Shown here in pieces: positions 21,901 through 31,395 of a DNA stretch of 64,000 bases. The stretch lies in the IMG/VR virus record IMGVR_UViG_3300032227_000993; one strand, written 5' to 3'. Position 1 is the first letter of the stretch. Each line of letters opens with the position of its first letter. The notes beneath the pieces were generated by a model. It worked only from the letters and a program-made list of their open reading frames with translations, made no database searches and was not told the origin of the DNA. A program made the translations under genes and the position numbers. The DNA comes from a virus. Lineage: Duplodnaviria; Caudoviricetes.

Positions 21901-22945
21901 TGTATTCAACTTCCAAGTCCGACAATTCTGGATAAATTGGAAGAGATAACACACGTCGGCTTAGCGCACTAGCAATACTGAGAATATCAGGCCCATCCAA
22001 CTGTTCATATGCTGGTAACTCGTGTAGAGGATGCGCATAATGTATCCTAGTTTCAACATTGTGTAGTTCAAGATTACGTTTGACAATATCTCTATGATCC
22101 AAGTCAATGACAAACTTATGAAAGCTATGATGTTGAAAGTTGTTATCGTCTATCAATGTTCTGATGCCTGATCCCTTAAGGCGGTCTATCCAGTATTTAG
22201 AAATAGTACCACGTCTGTCTTGCCACATATCAATGTATTTTGTTTTAACTAGCATTTGCGCACAATCTACTTCACTCATACGACTATTAGTTCCCAAGGC
22301 ATAATGACTTGGCTTGCCGTTGTTACGCCACTCACGAGCAAAATTAAGCAAGTCCATGTCGTTGGTTACTACAGCACCACCATTGCCATAGTTGGACAAG
22401 TTTTTCATAGGGTCGAAACTGATGGCCGCGGCATTGCCCAGGCGAAACCCTTCATTACTTAACCAATGCTGTGCTGCGTCCTCAATTACAATACCTGTAG
22501 AATAAAATAATTGATGTTTAAGAGCCACTCCATACAGGCCAACTGCTACTGTGGCCTGGACACTTAGATCTTGTGGAACTTTTTTAAGATTAATAACACC
22601 ATACGGGTCGGTATCTACTAGGGTTACGTCCCAACCAGCTCGCATAAATGCGTTGGCGGTAGCGGCATAGGTTAATGTGGGGATTAATACTCTAGGAGGC
22701 ATTGGCATACCTACCTGTTGAACATAGTAAGCGGCAATAATTTCTAATGCGTGTGTTCCACTATGACAGGTAATGGCATATTTACAACCATTGCGTTTGG
22801 CCAACCAGTTTTCAAACTCTGCGGTGTAGTTGCCGTCCATCAACAGGCCGCTACGATAAACCTCATCGGTTACGTCAAGGATTTCTGACCTTAAATTGTT
22901 ATATTGCTTTTTTAATCCGGTAAACGGAATCTTTAAGCCAGTCAT
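21869..22945 (-). CDS. DegT/DnrJ/EryC1/StrS family sugar aminotransferase
   Basis: CHSGTHAL, EDAAQ, SFDPMKNLSNYGNGG (PLP Lys), LSLPIYP. Confidence 0.92.
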   Translation of the reverse strand: MTGLKIPFTGLKKQYNNLRSEILDVTDEVYRSGLLMDGNYTAEFENWLAKRNGCKYAITCHSGTHALEIIAAYYVQQVGMPMPPRVLIPTLTYAATANAFMRAGWDVTLVDTDPYGVINLKKVPQDLSVQATVAVGLYGVALKHQLFYSTGIVIEDAAQHWLSNEGFRLGNAAAISFDPMKNLSNYGNGGAVVTNDMDLLNFAREWRNNGKPSHYALGTNSRMSEVDCAQMLVKTKYIDMWQDRRGTISKYWIDRLKGSGIRTLIDDNNFQHHSFHKFVIDLDHRDIVKRNLELHNVETRIHYAHPLHELPAYEQLDGPDILSIASALSRRVLSLPIYPELSDLEVEYIIDSVTDSAS

Positions 22946-23873
22946 AATATTCTTGAAATCCTTCTTCTATGTTTACTTCTGGGTAATAACCAAAATCGTT
23001 TTTTGCTCTAAGTATATTTAACTGACCACGCTGAGGGAAGCTATTATCTCGCGGTTTTACTAGAATAGTGCCGCGGCCTACAATATCAACAGCAAGTTTT
23101 GCGGCATCTAGTAGTGTTCTAGATTGTCCACGGGTAATATTGTATGTGGCATTCTTGGTATCTTCGCTGACAGCAGACAATGCAATGCCCATTGCGGCAT
23201 CGTCAACGTAGGTAAAGTCTAAAGCATCGTCAATACCGTTGACTAAAATATCTTTATCGCGCATGGCCGCTAATAAGAACTTACTGACTACACGATCCTC
23301 TACATCATAAGGACCATACACAGCACTAGGACGAATAATAGTGTAATCTATATTGTGCCTGCGAGCATAATCCTGTACCAACCACTCGCCGGCCAACTTC
23401 ATAATGCCATATTGACCTATGGGCCGACAATCGCTGCCTTCGTCGATGCCGTCAAAGAATTCGTGTTTGCCAAAGTTACCGTAAACCATACTAGAGCTGA
23501 TGTAAACAAATTTTTTAACTTGATGTTTAACACTAAGCTCGAGCAAGTTAAGTAAACCTTCACTCATGACACGACTACCCCACTGAGGATTACTGTTAAC
23601 TACTTTTTGTCTAGGAAAACTGGCCAAGTGTATTACACAGTCTACACCTTCAAAGATGCTGTCATCAAATGGATCTTCGATACTGGCAATACAAATATTG
23701 CGAGTCTTAATGCGACACATACGTTCAAGCATTAAGTAATCTATTTCTTCTTTAGGAATAACACCATATGTAGTACAGTTATCGATGATAGCAACATCGT
23801 GACGGAAACTTTCGAGTACACGAACTACGTTGTGCCCAATAAAGCCTAGTCCTCCTGTAACTAAAAATTTCAT
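22899..23873 (-). CDS. NAD-dependent epimerase/dehydratase
   Basis: TGGLGFIG, HLAS, YISSSMVYG, YGIMK (YxxxK), RPSAVYG. Confidence 0.92.
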   Translation of the reverse strand: MKFLVTGGLGFIGHNVVRVLESFRHDVAIIDNCTTYGVIPKEEIDYLMLERMCRIKTRNICIASIEDPFDDSIFEGVDCVIHLASFPRQKVVNSNPQWGSRVMSEGLLNLLELSVKHQVKKFVYISSSMVYGNFGKHEFFDGIDEGSDCRPIGQYGIMKLAGEWLVQDYARRHNIDYTIIRPSAVYGPYDVEDRVVSKFLLAAMRDKDILVNGIDDALDFTYVDDAAMGIALSAVSEDTKNATYNITRGQSRTLLDAAKLAVDIVGRGTILVKPRDNSFPQRGQLNILRAKNDFGYYPEVNIEEGFQEYYDWLKDSVYRIKKAI

Positions 23874-24091
23874 AATAATATTCCGTGAATGTAAATACCA
23901 GCCATAATTAAATTTAAAATGATTAAACTAGGCTCACGCCATAAAAAACTTAACAGTATCCATAGTGAAGCATTTAGTAGACCAGAAAACTTGTAATATG
24001 GCCCAATGTCATGCGCAGTTAAAACTACATGAGTTAGTGCTACAAATGTTGCCAACCATTTTATGTAAAAGTCTAAAGGTTTATGCCGCAC
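23870..24091 (-). CDS. small membrane protein
   Basis: Three hydrophobic segments; coupled to neighbours. Confidence 0.6.
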   Translation of the reverse strand: MRHKPLDFYIKWLATFVALTHVVLTAHDIGPYYKFSGLLNASLWILLSFLWREPSLIILNLIMAGIYIHGILL

Positions 24092-24326
24092 TATCCCACC
24101 GCAAAAAATATTCTGTGGCAGATTTTTCTTCTACTTCACCATAGACAATAACACGTTGCCCATAGGTGCGAGCATCGGGACGAATAATAAATTGTGGGTC
24201 TAAACAGTTAGCCTTGATCCAACGCCCTTGGTCAGTATCCATAAATTCTGCCAACGGAAATGCGGCGTAAATTTCAGGATCTTCAGGATCGCCAATGCCA
24301 AAGGTGTGAAAAATAATCTTTACCAT
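24081..24326 (-). CDS. small hypothetical protein
   Basis: Ends ATEYFLRWD, like the 28-30 kb small-protein family. Confidence 0.65.
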   Translation of the reverse strand: MVKIIFHTFGIGDPEDPEIYAAFPLAEFMDTDQGRWIKANCLDPQFIIRPDARTYGQRVIVYGEVEEKSATEYFLRWDSAA

Positions 24327-24353
24327 ACTAGTATCATTGTAGCATAATACAAA

Positions 24354-25016
24354 TTATTTTACAATGAATTCGGTAATCATTGGAAAGATTGTGGCCAATG
24401 ATTCAGCACAGGCAATCGCAATGGCACGATGTTCTTTTTGTGTCTCCGGTCCGGATCTTAATTCAATGTAGTGTAACCAAGAACGTAGCGTACCTTGCAT
24501 GTACAATCTACTTACTGTGAGTCCTTCGGGTAATACAGCACGGGCTTGTTCTTTGGCGATGCCTTTTTCTAACGCCCAGCGATAGGATTTCTGTGCCGCG
24601 GCAATAACATAATCTTGCTGTGTTTCCCAATTTAATTGTAGCCCAGCATCATCAGTTTCTATGCTGTTTTGCCGATTCTTAACGTCTTGTAAACGTGCTT
24701 CCTTAAACTCAAATCCCAAGTCAGCTACAGCATAACGCTGACTAAATTCTTGGAATGAAAAGCTACGATGCCGTAAGATTTGTCGAGCAATGTCGCGAGT
24801 AGTTTCAATTTCTAGACAAGCACTAACCATTTCAAGCGGTGACCAATGCTGGTGCTTGATAAGATAACGTATTAGTTTTTCGCTTGTTTCTGTGTTGGTT
24901 TGGTTAGCAGGATTGCTAACACGAGCGCAGTAAGCAACTAGTTCTTGAGCATTTACAATACCCTGGTTGACTAGTTCCTTACTTGGCTCACTGCTACTTA
25001 CTAATGATACTTTCAA
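24354..25016 (-). CDS. thyX: flavin-dependent thymidylate synthase
   Basis: ARVSN, HWSPLE, RHRSFSFQEFSQRY ThyX signature. Confidence 0.95.
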   Translation of the reverse strand: MKVSLVSSSEPSKELVNQGIVNAQELVAYCARVSNPANQTNTETSEKLIRYLIKHQHWSPLEMVSACLEIETTRDIARQILRHRSFSFQEFSQRYAVADLGFEFKEARLQDVKNRQNSIETDDAGLQLNWETQQDYVIAAAQKSYRWALEKGIAKEQARAVLPEGLTVSRLYMQGTLRSWLHYIELRSGPETQKEHRAIAIACAESLATIFPMITEFIVK

Positions 25017-25315
25017 AGGTTACCTAAGATTTTATCTGTTTCTGGTTGAACAAGAGCGGCTACACTTTTAATATCTACCACAAAGTCTACATCCTTGATA
25101 TCAGCATCTAGTTCTTGGAAAGTTCTAGTTACCAACTGTTCAATTTCATCCAAGGCAAGACCTTGTCTAACTAATGTATGAATATTAATAGTGCGTTGCT
25201 TGCCACCACTTAGTTTTAAAATAATTTTTTTAATACATTCCAGGGGAACATCGGTTTTGTTTACTTCATTAATGATTAGTTCCCACTGGTCAAGCGGATC
25301 AGTTGGTAGCATCAC
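25013..25315 (-). CDS. hypothetical protein
   Basis: 100-aa coupled ORF. Confidence 0.65.
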   Translation of the reverse strand: MMLPTDPLDQWELIINEVNKTDVPLECIKKIILKLSGGKQRTINIHTLVRQGLALDEIEQLVTRTFQELDADIKDVDFVVDIKSVAALVQPETDKILGNL

Positions 25316-26051
25316 TCACCTGTGCCGAAGCTTTTGGTGGACGACCTTTTTTCTTTGGAGCTTCGGCTACTGGTGGAGTCCAAGTAGCTTCGCCAAGATT
25401 AACGCCTGGAGTCATACGCTCGGCATCTTTCTTCATACGAGCAGCTTCGGAAATCATAGCAGTAGCTTCTTGTTCCATGCGTTTAGCTTGAGCTAACATA
25501 TTGGCAGCAATTTGGCGATCACTTAATACACCGTCTTGTGGAGCAATAAGTTTTTCACCTTCTGTAAAGCGAGATTCAGCAGATTGCTGTTTGGCAAGTT
25601 GTTCTTCTTTGTACTTGGCTTCAGCAGCACGTTTAACAGCAGGATCAACCATGCCACGTGATGCTTCGTTCTCTTCCATTTTTTTACGAGCTTCTTCGCC
25701 TTGATTCATCTCGTTAACTAACTTGTTAAGTTCATCTAAACGAACACTGGCGTTGGTGGATGGAGTCATGATAACGTCAGATGTACGGATCTTCTTAATC
25801 ATGCGCTCATTGTGTAATGTTTCAAGAATAGGACGACCGTCTGGTAAGAAAGAACGATGCAACGCATCGGCTAATTGATTGGCTTGTTGCCCAACTTCAC
25901 TTTCTACCACCTTTTGAATTGCATCTTGCCAAGCGGCATTTAATACTTCAGGATAAATGACCAAGCACATATGAGTGTCGCCTGGAACTTCGCGATACAA
26001 TACCAGTACCTTTCGGTCATTATTTTTACCTACGTGTTTAATCTGTGCCAT
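25299..26051 (-). CDS. hypothetical protein with coiled-coil C-terminus
   Basis: Likely start MAQIKHVG after GGAGG; basic tail KKKGRPPK. Confidence 0.7.
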   Translation of the reverse strand: MAQIKHVGKNNDRKVLVLYREVPGDTHMCLVIYPEVLNAAWQDAIQKVVESEVGQQANQLADALHRSFLPDGRPILETLHNERMIKKIRTSDVIMTPSTNASVRLDELNKLVNEMNQGEEARKKMEENEASRGMVDPAVKRAAEAKYKEEQLAKQQSAESRFTEGEKLIAPQDGVLSDRQIAANMLAQAKRMEQEATAMISEAARMKKDAERMTPGVNLGEATWTPPVAEAPKKKGRPPKASAQVSDATN

Positions 26052-26052
26052 G

Positions 26053-26289
26053 TTAACCTCCTTGTGTTGAGTCAACCGGGGCACCTGTTGACTCATTTGA
26101 TTCTGTATCACCTTCTGCTTCGGCGGCAGCCTGTGCCGTTACAGCATTAAGGAAGATTGTGAGCTTGTCGTAGACAGCACCAATCTGGGCCAATTCAGCA
26201 CCGCGGAATGCTCCACGTTGTGCCGCAAGATCAACGATGGCCTGGAGGGCACCAAGATCTGCTACTGTGATTTGAGTTGTATTTTCCAT
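26053..26289 (-). CDS. hypothetical protein
   Basis: 78 aa; AAQRGAFRGAEL; acidic tail. Confidence 0.65.
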   Translation of the reverse strand: MENTTQITVADLGALQAIVDLAAQRGAFRGAELAQIGAVYDKLTIFLNAVTAQAAAEAEGDTESNESTGAPVDSTQGG

Positions 26290-26319
26290 GTAGATATTTA
26301 AGCTATTTACATGGACTCA

Positions 26320-26350
26320 AAAAATAAAATACCCCATTTAAGGGGTATTT
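26320..26350 (-). terminator. Rho-independent terminator
   Basis: AAATACCCC-loop-GGGGTATTT followed by TATTTTTT on the minus strand. Confidence 0.75.
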
Positions 26351-26368
26351 CGGTAAAACTGAGTTGGT

Positions 26369-26536
26369 TTATCTAGGGGATAGTGCTACGTTTAACGCAA
26401 TCAATGCTCCAACAATAACAGCGTTAATGTAATCGCCGCGACTTAAACTAGTAAAGAAGCTCAGTGTTAGCCAACCGGTAACGAACCAGCTGATTTTTTC
26501 TTGATTCTTAAAATACCACAATTTGATACTGTTCAT
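26369..26536 (-). CDS. small membrane protein (55 aa)
   Basis: Not in track; MNSIKLWYFKNQEKISWFVTG..., GGAG RBS, two hydrophobic segments. Confidence 0.55.
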   Translation of the reverse strand: MNSIKLWYFKNQEKISWFVTGWLTLSFFTSLSRGDYINAVIVGALIALNVALSPR

Positions 26537-26613
26537 AATTTTCTCCTATTCAGATGTATCTACTGCGACTATCAGTGCTACCAATACAACAATAACTATT
26601 GCGACGGACATCA

Positions 26614-27915
26614 TTAGTGACTCTTTTCTTCTTCGTAATAAGCATACTGACCAAATGGTGGAACAATGCTGGTACTGCCGTGAATTACAAACACAGTATC
26701 GCAATAGTTCTCATCGCCCCAAGAACCATATGGATATCCGTCAGTTAAGATAATCAATCGTTTAGGTTCAATCTCTTGTTCTTTAAGATATTCATAGATA
26801 CAATCAAAGTCAGTGCCGCCTCCGCCTTTACATTCGTAGTCAGTAATATTCTCTAAATTTTCTGAATTGTACTGTTGTGGATTATGAACGGCTGTGTCAA
26901 ATGTAGCCAAGTGAATGCGATATGACTCAAACTGTTCCATAATACCAGCTGTTTCACCCAAAAAGTCCTTGAGCATTACACCATCGATAGAACCTGACGC
27001 ATCGATAAGTAATGCGATGTCAATAAGTTCGTCGGGCTTGCGTCCTGGCATAACAGCATCCATATCCCAACCCTTACGACTGCTACGCATCCAGGTAAAA
27101 TCACTCTTAATAGTACTTTCTAATTGCATACGGAGTAACTCACGCCAGTTCATCTTGGGAGCAGTTAAATCTTGAATAATACGCTTGACGCCTGCTGGTA
27201 AATTACCAGCACCATCACTGGCTGCCGCGGCCGCTAGTAATGCTTCTTTGATCTCGTCCTTGATAGCATCTTTTTCGGCTTGTGATAACTTGGGACGACC
27301 GTTACCATCTTCGCCGTCACCGCCGCCCTCACCTGTTTCGTCACCATCCATGTGATCGTCAAGTAACTGCTCAATTAGTTTCTGTACATCAATTTTTTCA
27401 GCATTTTCGTAAAGAATATCGTAAATCTCTTCTGAACTCTTACCATCATACTTAGAATCGTACAAACACGGTACTGTGGTAATCTTTTCACCTACACGAT
27501 GTTTAATCAAGTCAGAGTTAACGCAATAATCTGCGGCACAGTTGTACAATTGAGCGTCTCGATCGCCGCGACGACCAAAGTGATCATACACACAATGTAA
27601 TACTTCGTGACCAAACAAGAATTCAATTTCTTTTGGGCGTAGTTTATCTACAAATCGACTATTGTAGTAGAAGTTACGACCATCTGTGCCTGCGGTAGTA
27701 CACCATTCGTCAGCATTGACCAATTTTAATCGTGTAGCAAGATTACCAAAGAAACTTGCACGGAGTAATAAACCTACACGAGCTGTAATCAGTTTTTCTC
27801 GTACTTCGCGGTCTAACTTAGGATCCATTGGGCCCAGTAATTCTTTGCCTGTAGCGCCTTTAGTATCTGCTGTAGTGCCTTTTGCTGACATATTTAACGA
27901 CTCCTGTAGTTTCAT
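26614..27915 (-). CDS. metallopeptidase-like/vWA domain protein
   Basis: HEVLH zinc motif, acidic linker, DASGS MIDAS motif, GGGTDF, LTDG; start moved to follow the promoter. Confidence 0.85.
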   Translation of the reverse strand: MKLQESLNMSAKGTTADTKGATGKELLGPMDPKLDREVREKLITARVGLLLRASFFGNLATRLKLVNADEWCTTAGTDGRNFYYNSRFVDKLRPKEIEFLFGHEVLHCVYDHFGRRGDRDAQLYNCAADYCVNSDLIKHRVGEKITTVPCLYDSKYDGKSSEEIYDILYENAEKIDVQKLIEQLLDDHMDGDETGEGGGDGEDGNGRPKLSQAEKDAIKDEIKEALLAAAAASDGAGNLPAGVKRIIQDLTAPKMNWRELLRMQLESTIKSDFTWMRSSRKGWDMDAVMPGRKPDELIDIALLIDASGSIDGVMLKDFLGETAGIMEQFESYRIHLATFDTAVHNPQQYNSENLENITDYECKGGGGTDFDCIYEYLKEQEIEPKRLIILTDGYPYGSWGDENYCDTVFVIHGSTSIVPPFGQYAYYEEEKSH

Positions 27916-27924
27916 TATACTACT

Positions 27925-27953
27925 ATTATAGCAGATGTTGATTTTACTGTCAA
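27925..27953 (-). promoter_or_regulatory. sigma70 consensus promoter
   Basis: TTGACA-N17-TATAAT. Confidence 0.85.
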
Positions 27954-28222
27954 CCACCAAATTTCAGCTTGAAAAAGGTCATTTCCGCGTCGGATTTAAG
28001 GTAGATACGCTTGTTACCGTGCTCGGTGTCCCAAGCCCATAGCTGTGGCGTTTCTGACCATCCCAGTTCCGAACTAGGCCCAAATGTAGTCCAACACCAG
28101 ATCCTTAGTTCGGTCAACAAGCGCCTAGACTCTATGTAATCTCGAGGAGTAGGACTAATAGAATACTTAAACTCTGTATGACCGTTGTGCCTGCGATCTA
28201 ATTTAGTAACAAGGTATTTCAT
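27950..28222 (-). CDS. small hypothetical protein (C-terminal FxLKF family)
   Basis: Ends DAEMTFFKLKFGG. Confidence 0.7.
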   Translation of the reverse strand: MKYLVTKLDRRHNGHTEFKYSISPTPRDYIESRRLLTELRIWCWTTFGPSSELGWSETPQLWAWDTEHGNKRIYLKSDAEMTFFKLKFGG

Positions 28223-28223
28223 A

Positions 28224-28535
28224 TCAGCCCAAGTATTTTAACACAAAAAAACTCTGCGATGCTTCGTCCCAGAAATCAAGATGTACTTGTTCTTTGTAGT
28301 AAAATCTACCTCGGAGCTCGTCGTGTGCGTCATCGGTGTAGTCCCACGGTACTAGGCCTTTGTGCCGTCTTACTGTGACTCCCAGTTCGCGACGCATTTT
28401 CCATGAAAGCAACATACTATGACCATGCTCCTTGATAATCTTTGAAGAAATCTCTTCCCATTCGTCAGGCTCATGAAAAATAATCAAGTTGCGTTTAATT
28501 TCAATCTTCACGAGGTAATCCTTTGACCGCATCAA
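28224..28535 (-). CDS. small hypothetical protein (family member)
   Basis: Ends EASQSFFVLKYLG. Confidence 0.7.
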   Translation of the reverse strand: MMRSKDYLVKIEIKRNLIIFHEPDEWEEISSKIIKEHGHSMLLSWKMRRELGVTVRRHKGLVPWDYTDDAHDELRGRFYYKEQVHLDFWDEASQSFFVLKYLG

Positions 28536-28719
28536 TAGCTTGTCTAGCGTATTTACTAATTTTACCGCCTTGATCCATGCGCTCGATATCTTCCAAGGCA
28601 GTCATCATAATTTCTGCTTCTTCGGCCATCTTGTACACACGATTGCGCAGATTGCTAGAATCAATCCACGATCCTATGGCACTGACTAACCTAGCAACAA
28701 GATATGACCAATCAATCAT
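28501..28719 (-). CDS. small hypothetical protein
   Basis: Coupled helical ORF, lacks the family motif. Confidence 0.6.
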   Translation of the reverse strand: MIDWSYLVARLVSAIGSWIDSSNLRNRVYKMAEEAEIMMTALEDIERMDQGGKISKYARQAIDAVKGLPRED

Positions 28720-28978
28720 TAGTAAACTTTAATAAAAATATTGTGTACTTTTGTTCATCAACAATCTCATTGGCTAACTGTAGATCGCCATCGGGTGTAA
28801 AAGTCAATTTAAGTCCATACTCTGATTGTAGCCATACATAAAAACTTTCTGTAGTTGTTAACTGATCGTATTCACTTTTGGCTCGTGAAACCTTGACCCA
28901 AGTAGTGCCAGCATCGCCAATGATGGTGTCTAGTCTGGCGGCATTATTGGCGTAGTAGTTTTTACTCATACGGCCCAC
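28712..28978 (-). CDS. small hypothetical protein (family member)
   Basis: Ends EQKYTIFLLKFTND. Confidence 0.7.
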   Translation of the reverse strand: MGRMSKNYYANNAARLDTIIGDAGTTWVKVSRAKSEYDQLTTTESFYVWLQSEYGLKLTFTPDGDLQLANEIVDEQKYTIFLLKFTND

Positions 28979-29190
28979 CTTAATCTGTAAAAACTTTCTA
29001 ACGATTCGTTAGTAAATGTAATCTCAACACAGGGCTGGGTATGGGTGCTATCATCCCAACCGTCATACTCGCTGGGCATATATGACCAACGAAAATCTTG
29101 GTCAACTACCAGTCCTTCACTACGAAGTGTGTCTAAATAACTCATAGCGTCGGCAGCGTTTTTGACAGGAACAATTAACACTAGCCCCAC
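28966..29190 (-). CDS. small hypothetical protein (family member)
   Basis: Ends ESLESFYRLRWAV. Confidence 0.7.
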   Translation of the reverse strand: MGLVLIVPVKNAADAMSYLDTLRSEGLVVDQDFRWSYMPSEYDGWDDSTHTQPCVEITFTNESLESFYRLRWAV

Positions 29191-29417
29191 CTCAACATAA
29201 ACCAGGTGTAATCTTCATCGCGATCAAATATGTAATATACCGTATCAAACTTTCCTCGCGGACTAGCAGGATCAACTCTACATCGAAACTCTTTGCGCCA
29301 ACGCTGACCATAATGCCGTGGATTTTCTAAATGTTCAACCGGTAGTGTACGCCTGGCATTCCAATACGCACGATTAAACCGATCATCTAACACATTGACT
29401 CTAATCATGGTCCCCAT
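29181..29417 (-). CDS. small hypothetical protein (family member)
   Basis: Ends DEDYTWFMLRWG. Confidence 0.7.
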   Translation of the reverse strand: MGTMIRVNVLDDRFNRAYWNARRTLPVEHLENPRHYGQRWRKEFRCRVDPASPRGKFDTVYYIFDRDEDYTWFMLRWG

Positions 29418-29632
29418 CGCAACAAAAACATCATGCGTTCTTGTTCCTTTTCAAAGTTTAGCATCATACCAAACTGATGATGTATGCCACGAGGTAAGTT
29501 GGTTGCCATCCACTCTTGTATTTCATACTCGTTGGCTTGCCAATAATCCTGATCTAAAATGATTAAACTTGGCTGGAACTGACCGTTCTGTACTTCAAAG
29601 CGACGAGTTAAAAAGTTACCAGGCGTTGTCAT
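29405..29632 (-). CDS. small hypothetical protein (family member)
   Basis: Ends EQERMMFLLRWGP. Confidence 0.7.
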   Translation of the reverse strand: MTTPGNFLTRRFEVQNGQFQPSLIILDQDYWQANEYEIQEWMATNLPRGIHHQFGMMLNFEKEQERMMFLLRWGP

Positions 29633-29903
29633 ATGCTCTTATTAAGTTCTTGGCCTTGAGTTTGACCATGGTAAACTCCTTGGGGCAAACACGGAATCTG
29701 TGCGCTTCCCAGGTAGGTTTAACCAAGTAAACACCATTGGCATTTTCCAGCCAAACCCTAGTGCTATTAGCAACATATTCATCGTGTACCTTAAAATCCA
29801 TCCAGCCACCTTCGGCCGGACTACAGTTAGGCATGACCCACAGTTGCCACTGCTGTTGTTTGTACTTGTTGGTTCTTGTATCTAGTTCGTAGTAGTAGTT
29901 CAT
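29616..29903 (-). CDS. small hypothetical protein
   Basis: KEFTMVKLKA near the C-terminus. Confidence 0.65.
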   Translation of the reverse strand: MNYYYELDTRTNKYKQQQWQLWVMPNCSPAEGGWMDFKVHDEYVANSTRVWLENANGVYLVKPTWEAHRFRVCPKEFTMVKLKAKNLIRAYDNAW

Positions 29904-30163
29904 GCTAGAGCGGCCTCTGTTCCGTATTTTAACTTAAACCAATTCAATTGTTCATCGTCCTTTAAGTAAATCATGTACTGCTGATAGATGATGTAAAATG
30001 CCCAGTTCTCATTACTTATGGGCTCGTCACGAGAGACATCTGCGCCCGGTCCCCAGGTTACTGTACACCACCGACGCACCGCATGGAACTCCAGCATACG
30101 ATTAACCTGTATGCCGTACTCAAAGTACCTGTTCTCTCGAGTGTTGTGTAGGTAGTATTTCAT
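29900..30163 (-). CDS. small hypothetical protein (family member)
   Basis: DEQLNWFKLKYG near the C-terminus. Confidence 0.7.
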   Translation of the reverse strand: MKYYLHNTRENRYFEYGIQVNRMLEFHAVRRWCTVTWGPGADVSRDEPISNENWAFYIIYQQYMIYLKDDEQLNWFKLKYGTEAALA

Positions 30164-30224
30164 AAAAGGTTGGAGGGCGGTGCGAACACAGCCCTGTGTT
30201 TTTTAGACACCACCCCCCAATGAC

Positions 30225-31310
30225 TTAGGCGCTTGCTTGCAAAATGTACTTGCCATACTTCTTATGGAACTCATCAAAGTTCTTGAGTTTAGTAGGCTGG
30301 AACGGTAAGTTGTATGTAGTAAGAGCAATTCTAGCACCCATAACAACCAACTCTGTTTCAAAGTTCTTCATCATGTAAGCAAAGAAGTTGTCGGCCATTT
30401 TATGAAAGTCAGCATCTTTAACTTTATTTTCAATAGCACCTTTGAGTTCATAGCACATAGAGATAACCAAACTGTACATGGCTGATACTTCTTTGACTTC
30501 GAGAGTATCTACTTTACCTGACAATATCTCTTCTGGTTTAGGCATACGTCCTGCTACCTTGCGGTGAGCCATGAATTTAACAGCCAACCCTTCGCCTACA
30601 GTACCAGCAATCAAATTCATTACAGTATCATCATCGCTGTCTTCGTCAGATAAGATTTCTGATACAAAAGACCAAGAGCGTGGAGTAGCAAAGGCACGAC
30701 TAGCCGATTTGGGATCAAAGTCGTACAAGTCCTGCTTGGCAAAACTCAAATAACCCACAACATCTTTATGGATGTTTTTGTTTACTGCCCAGTCTTGCCA
30801 TGACGCAAAATCACATTTCATTTCTTGATGGATAAAGCGATTGGCCAACGGAGTAGGCATACGATATGTAACACCCTTGTCTGACTCGCGATTACCAGCA
30901 GCAACAATTACTACATTTTTTGGCAACTTGTACTTGCCAATTCTGCGATTCAAAATAAGTTGATATGCAGCCGATTGAACAGAAGGAGCTGACGAGTTCA
31001 TCTCATCTAAGAATAATACCACAATAGGATACTGAGCAGAAAACTCTTCGTCCGGCAAATCAATTGGCTCTGCCCAATCCATCTTGCCTAATTCTTTATT
31101 GTAAAACGGAATACCACGAATGTCTGTGGGTTCCATTTGACCTAGTCGTAAGTCAATCATAGCACCGCCAAGTTCGTTGGTAATATCTTCTACCAGTTCT
31201 GACTTACCGATACCAGGAGGGCCCCATAAAAATAATGGACGCTGATGTTTAAATGCTTTTAAAATTGAACGACGGGCTTGAACCGAAGTAATTTGTCTTG
31301 TTTCTGACAT
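30225..31310 (-). CDS. MoxR-type AAA+ ATPase
   Basis: Walker A GPPGIGKS, Walker B LFLDE, AAGN, PLANRF, TPRSW. Confidence 0.9.
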   Translation of the reverse strand: MSETRQITSVQARRSILKAFKHQRPLFLWGPPGIGKSELVEDITNELGGAMIDLRLGQMEPTDIRGIPFYNKELGKMDWAEPIDLPDEEFSAQYPIVVLFLDEMNSSAPSVQSAAYQLILNRRIGKYKLPKNVVIVAAGNRESDKGVTYRMPTPLANRFIHQEMKCDFASWQDWAVNKNIHKDVVGYLSFAKQDLYDFDPKSASRAFATPRSWSFVSEILSDEDSDDDTVMNLIAGTVGEGLAVKFMAHRKVAGRMPKPEEILSGKVDTLEVKEVSAMYSLVISMCYELKGAIENKVKDADFHKMADNFFAYMMKNFETELVVMGARIALTTYNLPFQPTKLKNFDEFHKKYGKYILQASA

Positions 31311-31366
31311 GGGCTGTGTTTCCTTTTAAAGTTGTACTACTAGTTAAAATTTCTTACTGTACGACT

Positions 31367-31395
31367 ATTTTACTATTAATTGAGTTTATTGTCAA
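31367..31395 (-). promoter_or_regulatory. sigma70 promoter
   Basis: TTGACA-N17-TAAAAT upstream of the AAA gene. Confidence 0.75.
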
